Part shown: piece by piece, positions 11,541 through 27,191 of the stretch
Numbering within the stretch: the first letter of the stretch is position 1
Layout: every line of letters starts with the position of its first letter
Assembly: GCF_009914755.1 (NCBI RefSeq)
Contig: NC_060936.1
Source: the human T2T-CHM13v2.0 reference genome, Homo sapiens
Length of the DNA: 64,000 bases
Direction: 5' to 3' (one strand)
Translations under genes and position numbers: made by a program
The notes under the pieces: model-generated
The model's database searches: none
What the model was told of the DNA's origin: nothing
The model's input: the letters and a program-made list of their open reading frames with translations, nothing else

Positions 11541-12844
11541 TGCATTCTTTCCTTGATGGTATATTGGTGGTGAGTGTGGTGATGAGCATAGTAAAGAGTG
11601 TGTCTCCCCATATTAATATTGGCTCTCTTCCCAATTAGATTCCAATAAAGCAGCTAATGATCCTAAAGCAGAGGGGACACTCTATTTAGAAGGTTTGATT
11701 ATTCCCAGAATCCTGGATAAGTGCTTATCTAGGGCAACACTGGACCTCCCATAGTAACAGAGGCTTTTATCTTCCTTTCTCAGTGCTTCGGTGGCTAGTG
11801 TCTCCTAGACTTCTGAGGAGCACTTGGTTCAACCAAAGTGTATTTTCAAATCTATTCCTAAAACAACTTTGAAGACTCCAAGTTATGACTTTATAATCTG
11901 ATAGAAACAAAACAAATTTGATTATTTTCTGAGTTAGAGTACACCTTTGAACCTGTACATTATCTCACAGAAAGAAGGTAAATCTGTACTAACCCAAAGC
12001 AAAATTAAATATGCAGATAAAATGCTGGTGAAATGCTATTTTGCATAGATCTAAATAGTGTAATTTGCCAGTTTTGTGAGTCAGGCAGATGCAGTTCATT
12101 TTGAAGCAGCCTTTGGGTCTTTTCACATGATTTGGCTATTCTTAGATTTCTGAGTCATTCTGTCCTCCATGCTAGTCATTTTTCAATCCCATATCCTCTA
12201 TTCATGAGGGAGATACAGATACAACATTAACGTATCCAAATTTGGCTATGTAGCTTAATACTCCGAGCAAACAGGCTATATATTCATTTCTATTCTTAGC
12301 AATACCTTGGGACAAGTTGAATGTAAATAAAATATTTGGGCAATACACTGTAACACTGTAGATTTTTGGTAAGTGATGCCAGGAAACCTTGGCATGCACA
12401 TTATTGAATAATTGTTTTGATTCTATTTGACTATCCTCTTAACAACTAAAATCCCAAAGCAATAGGAATACTTACAAAAGGAACAGAAATGTGGATAACA
12501 TGGGATGAGCCAAAAGACTCTGCCAATGTTTTAGCCAACAGAAACAGCATCTCTTAAAGACTAATGCAGGCAGTACATTGATACCCATAATAATAAATTC
12601 ACAGGAAATGAAATTTCCTTTAACAAACAGAGGATAGTAATAAAATCTTTATCCAAGGTATCATTAGGAAAGAAAGCTCAGAAGCATAGGTACAAACAGG
12701 ATTGTCAGGGCACTGAGGAGTGTAATTGGGTTGGTGAATTCAGCAGAGAAGAATGGGGAGAATCCACCAGATGAGTTAAGGATCCTGATGTTTCACTGGA
12801 GAGGAGCCTCTCTGATCCTCACCTGATGAAATCAAGTGTTCACC

Positions 12845-12960
12845 AAACTGATGCTCCTTGAGGATACAGGTTGTGCCTTCCTTGTCTTTGTGACCCTATT
12901 GCCCATCAGAATGCCTGGCATATAGTGGACATTCAAGGAATACCTGTTGAACTGAAAGAA
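12845..12960 (+). mobile_element. L2 3' end
   Basis: gctccttgagga...atgcctggcatatagtggacattcaaggaatacctgttgaactgaa. Confidence 0.7.
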
Positions 12961-13534
12961 ACTTCAGTGGGAGGGTAAAGCAGATCTGACACTTACCCTT
13001 CCACTCAGAAAAGCCAGCATATCATTGAAAGCACCTCGTTCCCTCCAGCCAGCCTTCAGCCCTGCACCTCACATCAACCACTCTGAAAATTACAGTGGAG
13101 ACAAAGAATTGAGCCTGTCCAATTTTTCACTTCTTCCTTCATTTTATTTTTCTTTTTCTATCAGGAAACTTCAGGCTACCATACCTGCTTCAACTGTAGG
13201 AGAATCTTAGTTCTGGAGAGTTGACCCTCCAGGCGAAGCATTAGGCTTTGATACAATTTGTCTGGTACCGGCTGTAGATCTGGTTTGGGCCCCAGACTAT
13301 CTTCCCTGTCCTCAAGAATCAAAACCAACTTGGAATGACTCCTGGCCCACTCAGCACCTTTCCGGTAAAGTGAAACAAGTAGATATTGAAGACCGACATG
13401 TAGCACCTGTCTGCAGTTTTTGCTGCTTTGTACTCAATGTGTAGTACTATTAAGAAGTTTCGTATTACGATCTTCATACTTTTATGAATGTTTGAGATAA
13501 TTTTCATTTGTACTTAATGTAATTATTTTTTCCA

Positions 13535-13890
13535 GGAAGCCAGAAGAATGAAGTGCCACACATATCATCAGAGAGAATTCCAAGGAAGAGGGAATGGTCT
13601 ATAGTGTCTCAAGCCACAGTGAGTTTGAAATAAATTTACAAGAGTATCCCCTGGAGCTAGTGATGTCGCCAGTGGCATCCTTAGCAAGAGCAAGCTCTTT
13701 GTGCTGCTGGGAACAGAAGCCAATGTTCTGGGGGTCGTGAAATAGAGACTGAAGTTCAGGCTATATTTTCAAGGAGCTTGATTAAAAAGAGAAGGAGACA
13801 GCGGGATTGAACCTACAGTAGGAACTTAAGTAATGAAAGATTTTTTTAGATGAGACAGACTGAAACATATTTAAAAGCTGTAAGAAAAGA
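13535..13890 (-). mobile_element. L2 fragment
   Basis: ccaaggaagagggaatggtc; ccttagcaagagca; gggaacagaagcca. Confidence 0.55.
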
Positions 13891-15312
13891 TTCGGTTTCT
13901 GCTAACTCCATGTGTGGATAAAGAGTAAAGCGGGGCCATGGACAGGCCAGGCCCTGAGGTGAGCCCAAGACCCAGAAAACAGTCAGCAGAGTGAGGGTGA
14001 GACTGGCCTCTGGGCTGCAGAACAAAGGAAAAAGTCCTCCAAGAGGGGAGAGAACTAAAAGGCAGGTGGAGTTTTCAACTGTCATGTATCTAAGGGAGAC
14101 CCTCAATTGGAGACGATGGAAACAAAAACAAACAAGAGTAAATAAAGCTGTCATGAAAAGCCTTAAAGTGAACCCTAGGAGGTAGATCCTGAAGTTGCTT
14201 ATGCATTGAGAACGTAGTCACCACTTTTCCTATAGAGCTTCTGTTGCCCACAGAGAAGAAACAATTAAGGGTGCCAGTCTGCCTGGGTAAACAAGAGATG
14301 TTGAAGGTATTGGAGAAAGAGTTTGTAACAGATAGAATAAGATCCCTGAGGTCATGGGGGTGGGTTCGCATCCTGACCACAGGTTTGTAATTAACTTCAT
14401 TAACATCATACATACTATACACAGGATTCTGAGCCAAGAAAGAGAGTAACTTAAAGGCATTTTGTGTATGCATATTTACATATCTGGGTGGAAATTTAGT
14501 TTGCTTTAAGAGTCTGAGGGGAAAATACATATATGCATTAAAAAGTTTGCATACTGTATTTTAAAAAAATCCCCAAAAGTCTTAAGCCTTCCAGAAACTA
14601 TGGTCAAATGGACTTAATATAATATTTGTATTTAAATGACCTTGAATAGTTTTTAAGTGGTTATTATTCTTTTCAACTGAAAAGACACTTTTTAACCTGG
14701 CTTTCTCTGTAGCAGTCTCTCAAAGCACTGCTCTTAATTTCAGTTTAATGAAACTCTCTACACTTACGGGTTTGTGTTTTCTTTGGATTTCAGTTAATCC
14801 TTCAAGAACAGTGTTAACTTTCTCAGGCTACTGGAACTCCACTTTTTGGAACTGTTATATTTACTGTTGGGGAGTGACTTTGGCACCAAGGAGAACTTGG
14901 CTCAGTAGGTATTTTCAACAAAATTACTAATATTGTAAATTTTATATTTATGAATCATATTTTATTATTCCATTGTGTTTCTCTGAGAAGTCCTGATGCA
15001 TTGTTATGCCTGTTTAGAATCACTGGTTCCATCAAATCCAGCATTATTTGAAATCAAAATCTTTTATAATGATGCAACCATTTGGCTTGATGAAATTAAA
15101 TACCTGGACTCAAAAAGAAAATAAACCGAGTGGAGAGAACAAAAGCAACAAAGAAATAAAAATTGTACTAAGGGTATTTTCTTTCCTTTTCCTTTTCTTC
15201 TTTTTGGATAAAAAGTAGTAAAAAGCAGGAAGTTTTTCTTAAAAACTGTCTTTTAATGGACCTTTTGTTATGGGATGCTCATTTACCTACATTATTACAT
15301 TTTTGGAAGTAG

Positions 15313-15417
15313 TTATTTACTAAGTGAAATTAAGAAGCTAAAATATTTAATCAGACTTTGAAATTATTTACTAAGTGAAGTTAATAAGCTAAAATATTTA
15401 ATCAGACTTTGAAATTA
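15313..15417. repeat. 51-bp tandem duplication
   Basis: ttatttactaagtgaa(a/g)ttaa(g/t)aagctaaaatatttaatcagactttgaaa twice. Confidence 0.95.
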
Positions 15418-15554
15418 GCTTTTCGAAATCATAAAGTTTTTTTTTTTCAAAATTTATATCAGGACCTTCTAAGAGTCTCCCATATTTGCCAATGTCATTC
15501 TGCTTGCTATCTCTCTAGAATAAGACAGCAGAGTTTGCTCACTTTGTAAACATC

Positions 15555-17172
15555 TGTTATGAGATTCTTTGGGGTGTTACTTCACCAGCTGGAAACCTCT
15601 GTAGCTGGCGGGGCCTTCTGCCTGAGTATTGCTGGGTCTCGCTGGGCTCCTTCCGCCCACTCTGCCTGGCAGGCTGCACTCAGCTTGCACTACTGGCCTG
15701 AATTCCACACCTGCCAAGGGTGAGCCAGGCATGGAGTGGCAAGGGGTATGTGGGTGAGTGAGCACGGGTCTGGCCACTGCACACAGCCAGGCATGCTGGC
15801 TCCTGCGGAGGGGTGGGCAGCTCCAGGTGCCAGCACAGGTGCTGGCTCACTGATAGGCTGCAGCTGGACCAGATGTACCACATGTGGCTCCCACTGTGGG
15901 CACCTGCATCTGGACAAGGGGAACACAATGTTGCCTGGAAGCTTGGAGACATCAGGAACTGCAGAGCCCCAAGAGGGTGCCACAGCCCTGGCTCCGGGAG
16001 CCCTTAGGTCTGGGCTCCCCAGAGGGCTGCAGCTCTTGTCTCCTTCTCATCAACTGCAAATTGATGAGCTGGGGGGCATGTTTAAGCCCTGTTTGTGTTA
16101 CAGCTCTTTCAGTCCTGCCCATTTAGTGGGTCCCAAGTTCTTGTCCCGCACCCAGGAAGGATGAGGTACGTGGACAACTGGAGGGTGAGCAAGGCGGAGA
16201 GGAGCTTCATTGTGCACAGGACAGTTCACGGGAGACCTGAAGTGGGTAGCTCCTTTCAGCAGGCAGGTTGTCCCAACAAGTACCCAACTCTCAGCAATCA
16301 GTGGAGAAGAGACTGCAGTGGGTAGCTGTTTTCTGCAGGCAGATCATCCCAACAGTCAACGAGACCCAAAATGGGTAGCTCGTTTTTGCAGCTGGTAGTC
16401 CTGAAAGCTCTCTGAGTTTGGCTGAGTCTGGGATTTTTTTAATGGGCTCAGAAGGGAGGAAGTACATGTCGACTGGTCCACGGATGGCCATGGGTGGCTG
16501 GAAAAAAGCACCATAAGTTCTCACTATGGGCTGCAACCTCCACCTGGAGCTGGCAGCCCAGCCCCCAGGCTTCAGGCCATCCCTGGCTTGAGGGTGGGGT
16601 TTCACCAGGAACCCACCCCTTTCTCCCCAGGAGTCTGTGTGCCTCCTGTTGTCCACCATGCCCAGGCTGTTCATACAGAGGGGCACCTGCAGGCCTGTGC
16701 CAAGCTGCCCTCAGCCCCCAGCTTGGCCTCCCTCCCATGCTAGGTTAGTGCCCAAAGTCTGGAGGGGGCCAAGGCAGCAGGAGGCTGGTGTGTCAGTCCC
16801 ACCCCAAGTGTGTGCACAGCCAGCAGGGTTGCAACAGTGCTCAGGCTCAGCCACGACTTCATTCTGTCCTGGAGCGGGTGCAAGGAGTGGGGAAAGGCCA
16901 GGGAGCAGGAGCAGGTACCTCCAAGCCTGCCTAGGAAAGAGGGCTTCCTTGCCCCTAAGAATGCAGGGATGCCTGGGTCGAGAGCCACAGCTGAGCAGCT
17001 GCAATTGTGCCTGGGAGTGTGGGGCTCCCGCTCTGCCAATTGGGTAGGGGGCTGGGTTCCACCTATTCCCAGCCCTGCCAGCTCCACAGGGCATGCAGCC
17101 CCAGCCATGCCTCCCCCTGCTGTAGTCGGCATCTTTGCAGAGACCACTCTGGATGGGACACCGCTGCCATCA
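15555..17172 (-). mobile_element. MER52 solo LTR (ERV1)
   Basis: TG...CA termini tgttatgagattctttggggtg and ccgctgccatca; GC-rich body with gggtagctcctttc repeats. Confidence 0.9.
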
Positions 17173-17301
17173 CTTTGACCTACATATGTATGGAAAACAT
17201 GTTATGTATTCATTTTATATTATTTCCAAAAATATTTTTATTATTTTGTCTTAAAGTTTCAATAGGATCTGAAAAGAGATAGCTAAGAATTTGGATTTTT
17301 G

Positions 17302-17675
<374 letters not shown>

Positions 17676-17712
17676 TCACATTGATGATTTAGAAAATTAG
17701 TAGAGAATCTAT

Positions 17713-17993
17713 AGACGGGGTCACACTCCTGTCACCCAGGCTGGAGTGCAGTGGTATGATCATGGCTAACTGCAGCCTTGAGTTGCTGAGCTCAGGTGAT
17801 TCTCCTGCCTGAGCCTCCCGTGTAGCTGTGACTTGAAGATGTGCCACCATACCTGGCTAGTTTTTTATATTTTTAGTAGAGATGGGGTTTTTCCATGTTG
17901 CCAGACTGGTCTCAAACTCCTGGGTTCAAGTGTTCTGCCTGCCCTGGCCTCCCAAAGTGCTGGGATTACAAGTGTGAGCTACCGCACCCAGCC
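17713..17993 (-). mobile_element. AluJ-like, no poly(A) tail
   Basis: gatcatggctaactgcagccttgag; highly diverged. Confidence 0.9.
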
Positions 17994-18367
17994 ATATTTT
18001 TATTCATTCATATAATGAATGGCATCTCATTTATGTTTCATGCCAGACCAATGTTCCAGGGTCTTGCACTGATTCCCACATACATTGTGTCAATGACTGG
18101 CATAATAACACTGTCTTATAGTAATAATAATAGAATCTATTTATGAGGATATTTTAGAAAATCAGTGAGCTATAAAATCTACTTGATTGGAGCAGATTGT
18201 AAACCACAGCTATTGTTTTGTTGGGTTAATCAAAGCATCAAAAATTATAGATTAAGGACTTCTCTATTTTCTGTCAAAAGGGAACTAAGAATATGTTCTC
18301 ATGGGTATGAAGTGAACAATAATTCTCTCTCTTTCTCTCCCATATTCACTTTTCTATTTGTCTCTGA

Positions 18368-18715
<348 letters not shown>

Positions 18716-18950
18716 TAGAGAAAAATTTATGCCAACTGAGTACAAAATGATCGGAGGTAACACCATCATCCAGAGAAGAGTAAAACCAACATGTGAAGGG
18801 CATGAATTCTATCTGGATGGATTTATTGGCTCAACCAATACATTACAATTACATATTTGGCATTTACCATGCATTCAGTGTGGGAGCACTTATAAGATAA
18901 CTTACTGACCATATACTTGCAACTTATTTGGATAGATGAATGTGGTAAGA

Positions 18951-19365
18951 TGTCTTAGTCTGTTTTGTGTTGCTTATAACAGAGTACCTGAAACATGGGG
19001 TAATTTATAAAGAAAAGGAATTTATTTCTTACAGTTAAAAAGACTGAGAAGTCCAGGGTCTAAGGGCTGCATTTGGTGAGTGCCGTCTTGTTGGTAAGGA
19101 CTCTGCAGTCTTGAGGTGGTGCAGGGCATCACATGGTGAAGGAGCTGAGTGTGCCAGCTCAGGTGCCTCCTCCTCTTCTTACAGAGCCACCAGTCCCACT
19201 CCTGTGAAAACCCATCCATTGACCCATTTATCCATTAATCTATGAATGGATTAATCCATCCCTCATGACCCAGTCACCTCCTAAAGGCCCACCTCTCAAT
19301 ACTGCCAGGCTGGGGATTAAGCTTCAACATAAATTTCAGAGGAGACAACCATTGAAACCATAGTG
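18951..19365 (-). mobile_element. MSTC-like MaLR LTR
   Basis: tgtcttagtctgttttgtgttgc...cagggcatcacatgg...aaaccatag; TSD taaga/tagga. Confidence 0.85.
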
Positions 19366-19954
19366 TAGGATAATGTGCAAACAACCAATGTATTTCCCAT
19401 TCTCTATTCACTCTCATTCGTATACTTTAGACTTGTGACCGGACTGCATTTTGGCCAGCCAGAGGTTTTTCAAAGGGAATCTGTCATGAATAGCTTTAAG
19501 ACAGGAAAAAATTAGGAAAAGAGGTGACTGGGCAGAAGCAGCCACCCACTCCACCACCGTATAAGCTAATCTTGTTAAGCTGTAGAGGGAAGGAGGGAGT
19601 TAGACAACCATAATCTTAGAAAACATAGAAAAAGGGAATATTACAGCATTTCTTATTAAATGTAGGAATGTAAGTCTGAGAGTAGAGAGACTAAATGGCT
19701 CTTTTCACTGGAATGCCAGAAAGTGTAGTCTTACAGATGTGTCCTGGCCATAGACGTGACAATAGGCAATGAAAAGAGCTGTTTAGAAACTATAAGTGGC
19801 AGAGAGGGCTAAAAATAGCCCTAAATTTCTTTTCATCCCAAGAGAGCAGCTAAATTTTCTCAGTACTTTAGTAAAAGGCATAGAAGTTTGCTCAGCAAGA
19901 AATCCTACTTCCCAGAAAGGCCTTACACAGGTGACGTGGGTTATAGAATTATAT

Positions 19955-20545
19955 TCTGTCAGTCATCTATTGCTGCGTTACATTCCTGCCCTCCAAAACC
20001 TAATGGCTTCAAACAACAACCATGTATGTGCCCATGATTCTGAAATTTTGCCTTGGGTAAGCCAGGCTGTTTTCCGCAGGCCTCACCTGGGCTTGCTCAG
20101 GTAGTAGCAGTCATCGGTGGCTTGACTGGGGCCGGGCAGGGAGGCTGCATCGAAGGTAGCATCCCTCTCATGTCTGGGGTGTTGGTGTTGGCTATTGCCT
20201 TTGTAATCAATGATCTGTGAAATCTCTTATCCTTCAAAAGTTGGATCCAGGCTTCCTTAAACAACAAGGGTAATTTCCAAGCATGTAAAGAAAAAGCTGC
20301 AAGACTTATTGAGAATTAGGCTCTAGAACTCATACAACACTTTTTAATCACGTTCTGTTAGTCAAAACAAGTCAGAAGGTAAGCCTATTTTCAAGGAATA
20401 GGTAAATAGATTCCACTACTTAATGACAGGAGTTGCAATGTTTTTGTGGCCATATTTAATATATCACAGTCCTCTCTCTGGCTACCATTATTTACATTCT
20501 TCCCAAGCAACACATGCTGATCTCTCTTACCAAAGTCTCATCTCT
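19955..20545 (-). mobile_element. MLT1G/H-like LTR with adjoining internal fragment
   Basis: ctattgctgcg...ccaaaacctaatggcttcaaacaacaacc; gtcaaaacaagtca; tagattccact. Confidence 0.7.
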
Positions 20546-20559
20546 TGAAGTGTTTAGAC

Positions 20560-20872
20560 TTGTGCAATGCATTACCATGGCTATGTGCCACATGTGGCTA
20601 CTGAGCACTTGAAATATGGCAGGTATGAATTGAGTTGTGCTGTTATTGGAAATACACACAGGATTTCAAAGACTTAGTAGGAAGATAGTAAAATATCTTT
20701 TAAATACCTTTTTATATTGATTATGTGTTTACATCATAATTTGGACATATTGGGTTACATAAAATATATTTTAAAAATTATTTTCACCTGTTTTTAAGTT
20801 TGCTTACTTTTTTATGTACCTGCAGCAAAAAATCACATAAGTGGCTTGTATTATATTTCTATTGCATAGCAG
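20560..20872. mobile_element. MER33 (hAT-Charlie)
   Basis: gccacatgtggctactgagcacttgaaat; ggatttcaaagacttagta. Confidence 0.8.
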
Positions 20873-20882
20873 AGATTTAGAC

Positions 20883-21088
20883 CAATGGTTGGTGAACTTT
20901 TTTTGTAATGGACCAAATAAATATTTTTGGCCTTGTGGGCCACACAATTTCAGTTGCACCTATTCAACTCTCATTGTCATACAAAGCAGCCATAGATAAT
21001 ATATAAACAAATGAGCATGGCTGTGTTCCAATAAAACTTTATTTACAAAAATGGGTGGCAGACTGGATTTGGCCTGTAAGGCAGTATT
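20883..21088. mobile_element. MER58A (hAT-Charlie)
   Basis: gcagccatagataat...gcatggctgtgttccaataaaactttatttacaaaaa. Confidence 0.85.
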
Positions 21089-21691
21089 TTGTTTCACTTG
21101 TCTGACATCTTTAACATTTAATGTAATTATTAATATGGTTGGATTTCAGTGTACCATTTTGGGGAGCGGGAACGGGCTTGTTTTTTCTGTTTTTTGTTTC
21201 TTCTTTTTCTGCCTTCTATTGGATTGACAGTTTTTGTTTTAATATTTCATTTTAATTTATCTGTTGTCTTTTTGGTTACATCTCTGTATTTTTAAAGTGG
21301 AATTATGAGGATTATCATATACATACTTAAACTTTTATAAATATCTAGGCCTAAATACACGTCTTTGATCTTTTTGTGTTAATCCATAGATCCTTTAGGC
21401 TATAGATATTTTAAAAAACATTTTTTCTCTCAGTTCTTCATATGGATACTTTTTATTGACATATCTCCAAATTCACAGAATCTTTTCTTTGTCACTTCAT
21501 TCTACTTTCAAGACCATTAATTGACATTTTTATTTCAGGCATTGTATTTTTTTAGTCCTTAAGTTTTCACTTCTCTTTTTTATAGTGTATATATCTCTAT
21601 TGTGATTTTCTATTTTTCATTTATTTTTTGTTTTCCTTTTTGTATGGATGTAGTTATTACAGCTGCCTTTCCGTTAAGAATGGGACTTTGG

Positions 21692-21987
<296 letters not shown>

Positions 21988-22363
21988 AATAGGTCTTTGT
22001 CAGGTAATTTGGATTTTATGCAGCACATTGTAAATGTTATGAGTGTAGACTCTGGCTTCTGTGAGATTCCATTGGAGGATGTTGTTTTTGCTTTAGCAGG
22101 TAATCAACCTAATTAGTTGCATATTATGAGCTTTGACTCATTTTCTGTGCATGGTGCCTTACATCTCTGTTCAGTTTTCTAAGCCTTTGCTATCCTGATT
22201 TCTGTCTGTCCTGTGCATGTGTGGTTCAGAACCTAGGACAAGACTCTTGTGAGTTCATAAACAGAATTAGGAGAAACTTTTTATGGCTCTGTCTCTTTTA
22301 CTCTCCTGCCTGCTAGAGCTTTTTTTCATGACTAATCTGGAAAAAGAGAAGGTGGGGTTTTGA

Positions 22364-22939
<576 letters not shown>

Positions 22940-23173
22940 TAGCTAAAAAGAATTGTTCATATCTACTCTGAAAAAATTGTCATTTCACTGTAGTGTTGTT
23001 TACATTTAATGTAATTATTTATTTATACATTTAGATTTAAATCTACCATCTTATTTTCTACTTTCTGCTCATCTCCACTGTTCTTACTATTTCATTTCCC
23101 TTCTCGCTCAGAAGTTACTTATTCATTTTCTACTTATTTGGCATTACACTTGAAATTATAAGTGCTATATTGA

Positions 23174-23480
<307 letters not shown>

Positions 23481-25554
23481 AGCCCTTTGATATTCTTGAG
23501 AAAAATTTTGTCTATAGTCCTATGATTATCATTCCTCCTCAGGTTTACATGTAGCATAATTTTACTATCCTTTTACATCATCTTCAGGTTAAGAATTCCA
23601 TTTATAACTTGAAAATTTATGATAAAATTTAGTGTTAGGGAAATATCACAGTGACATTGGTATCCAAGTTCACAGAATTATTTTAATTAGAGAGCTTCAC
23701 AAACAACTTTATTATGCACATCTGTTTGTAAGATTTCTTTCTAAGAATTGTTTAAAATATTGAACAATCTAGAATTTATGCAAAAAACTGAGACACTGGG
23801 ATGTAAACTTTCACATATCACAGGTTCTTTAGGAAGGCAATGCGTAGGTATTTCTAATAAACTCATATATTAAAGTAAGTTTCTAAATTCAGAATTTTAG
23901 GCATTCTTATTAGCTTTTCATGAACATTTTAGATCAATGCATTGGCACAGTTTTAGATATTTGAATGAATTCTCTTTCCCTTTTTGTGTTAAATCTATTT
24001 CTTTCATTCTAAAGGAGCTGAACTGTAAGATTTTATCCCATTTTTAAAAAAACTTTAATTTAAATTCTATCATAGTAGCAACAGATCAAGTAAATTGAAT
24101 TTTGAGAAGAGTTTTCACTATCTGCTTCTAATGGGCAAAATACTGCAATGCTACCTGGACAAAGCGAAACACCAGAAAGCTACTTACCATAATAACAAGC
24201 GAGGATTAAGATAGGAGCTTCGACTTGCCACTGCTTTTGAATAACACATATGGTGCATTCAAAAGGCACTGTCTCTTTTAGCAATTCTTTAGCACAAGAC
24301 TGCCTTGCATAGAAGTGGATTGTAAATGTTACGTGATTCCCAATATAGCATCAAGCTACAGTCCTGGAAAAGCTTCTATTTATATCTTTTAGAAACAGCT
24401 TTTATCAGGAAATGGTTTCCCTTCCTCGTTTGCCTTCTTATAATCTTCATGAAAATATATTTTCTTCTGTGACACAGAGAAGGCCTAGAGCTTGCTTGTT
24501 AAATGAAACGTATGATAGAATGATTAGATACATATACTGTAATTAGGAAATTTTAAAAAAAGGTAGAATGACTGCCAGCTGCTACAGAACCCCAAACTGA
24601 GAGATCTGAACTGAGATACCGCATTCATTTAAAACAAATCTTATTCTGTAGTGGACTCATGAGAGCATTCAGTCCCACGTTTCTCTTGCTTGGGCTTGGT
24701 GAACTCCTTTAACTTTTTCCTTACTGTTCATTCCCTTAAACAAAGCTCAAGTCAACTACTGAGTTCTGAGGATAACTTTGTACCAAAACAGTCATGTCTT
24801 AATTCAATCAGGCAAGAAGAAAAAAAAAATCACTTTTATGACACTTGGTTGGCCCTGTTGGATTTTAAATAGAATAAAAACCATAACTCAAATTCTGCTG
24901 GTTCCTGATCATTATAATTTTACAAGAAATGTAAGCACAATATATTTAAAATAAAAACTTGCATCAGTGTTTTTTTCTGACCCATTTTCCCTTTACTGAT
25001 CTGGATTTCTCTTTCTTTTAGAATGAATGGTTTTGGATCACACATCTTCATGATTTGGGAATGATATGTGTGTTTATTTTATGAAAAATGTTAGTAATGA
25101 AGCATTTAAAATATATCAAAAGGTAAGAGTTGAAAACAGAATGGAAATATCCTTTTAGAATTTAACATTGAATCAGCATAATTAAAAACTAAGCAAGGGG
25201 AAAGATACAAGGGAATAAAGAGTTAAACTCTGACCCGTTTGGATCAACTGTGCACAGAGTGGAGACTTCCAGAGAAGAATGTTTGTCTTATGTATAAAAA
25301 ACAGTTGGGAAGAGGGGGTGAGCAGGAGAAGCCACGAGGGAAGGAGGGCTACGTGATATATGCCCCAGTGAAATTTTAGCATGTAGAAAGTGCATAACCA
25401 TTCTTAATCACGTAAAATAAACACTTGGTACTCAGGCCAAGACAAACCCTTTTAGCTTTAGAGAGAGTAGGTCAGCATGGCACTTTTGTTTTTTCTTCAT
25501 CTTTCTGCTTTAGTAGTCTCATTGGAATTATAAGCCAGAATATTCAACATATAT

Positions 25555-25752
25555 TAAGGCTTTCCATGTCCCAGCCAAGCTTTAATGTATCAGTTCTTTA
25601 ACTCTTCATAACAAACCTATGAGGCCAAAACGATTTTGGAGGTGATGAAACTGAAGCATATGAGAGGTGAGGGTCTTTTCCCAAGATGACATGGCTACAA
25701 GTGGTATCCTAGCTCTAGAGTCTGTTTCTTCACCACTTATGTCAGACTCCAG
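25555..25752 (-). mobile_element. MIR
   Basis: gatgaaactgaagcatatgagaggtgag...cccaagatgacatggctacaagtgg. Confidence 0.7.
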
Positions 25753-26769
25753 GCAGTGTACCCTACTTAGCCTCAGTGACTGCAAGATCATGTGGGTCAT
25801 TCTTGCTACATCTTTCAGAATTGCCTAGAATCCTTAGGACTTAAGATTTAGAGAACCCTTCAGCCTTAGTGAACAAAACCTTACTTGCCTTTGTGTCTTG
25901 TGACTTAAAAACATAATTGAATACTTCGTTCGTATTCTATTATAAGGAATTTCATGGTCTTCTATATCATGTCTTACACTAGAGGAATAGTATTCCCCTC
26001 ATGGGAATCCTATTTCCATACCTTCCTTTATCCTAAGAAAAGGACGAGAAGGTAGACCAGCCTACGGCTAAACTTAATAGATAAATATCTTCTGCCTTCA
26101 GGTGTAGAGTGCATTTCTGATATCACTATTCTCTCAGTAAAGATATACTCATAGGAGACACTAGTGGTGATCTTAAATATGCTCAGAAATCTACAATACC
26201 ACACAAATACACACACACGGAGGGAAGCACTAGGTAGTAAGAAAAGAAAAATCAGATAATCTTTAGAAGATAATTGAAAGCAAAGGGGAGTCAATGCACT
26301 TGAATTCTCAGTATTGACTTTCTTAAAAAGCTGTTGGACAAAAATGGGGAATAACTGTCATGAGAGAGTGGTATGAATTGTATCAAGTAGATTTGGTGGC
26401 AGAAGCTCAACTGTTGTGTAGATGAGTCAAAAAAGAGGTAAAAATGGAGTTGCTAGTGCGCTTAAGAAAAAACTGATTATGAGGGAAAACTGTTAGCTTT
26501 TGGTATAATATTTGTTGCCAAGATTATAGTTAGATACTTTCAACAGCCCAACTCTATCAACAAGTCAAGTATTGCATCAGGAAAACGGGCCAAGTTATGA
26601 TAAAGGCACTGTGGGCTTACCTTCTACACAGATAATGAAATGAGAATACAACAGGGAGACATTAGAACCAACAATATATTTTTTTTCAGAATATATGTTA
26701 CCATTAGAAGAAAGGGACTATAGCGAGTCCCATGAAGGGGTCAGGGAAAAATCCTGCATCATAAGTATC

Positions 26770-27185
26770 TGTGCCTTTACTCACATTGCTCTCTCTACCT
26801 GGAGTGTCCTCCCTCCTTTGTCTACCTGCAAAACAACACTAATTTTTCAAGTCTATCTTCTTGTGACACTTCCTTTATGAAGCCTTCCTATTTTTCTCTT
26901 GGACATTCTCTTCCTTGTACCTCATGATTGCCTATAAATACTTCTGTTGAAATGTTACCGCTTGCTGATTCCTTACTAAAGATCAGGCAGAATGCAAAAT
27001 ACTTTTCACAGACATACAATCCTACGATAACCCAACAGTTTACTCCAGATTACAGATGGAGAATCTGAGCATCTCACAGACATGATGTAACTTCTCCAAA
27101 GTCTGGCAGTTAGAAATTTAAGGCCTGGGACCGAATCTACATATATCTCCCTCCAACATTTATGTGGTTTTAAAACCACCTAAAT
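26770..27185. mobile_element. L2 fragment (+) followed by MIR (-)
   Basis: ctctctacctggagtgtcctccc...gaagccttcc; ccagattacagatggagaatctgag. Confidence 0.55.
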
Positions 27186-27191
27186 CGTTCT

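Noticed and set aside
14090-14530. 146-aa minus-strand ORF in apparently unique DNA
   Set aside because: No recognisable domain and no supporting splice or promoter context; compatible with chance. A BLASTP/PhyloCSF check would settle it.
15577-17282. Many 100-140 aa ORFs
   Set aside because: All lie within the GC-rich MER52 LTR.
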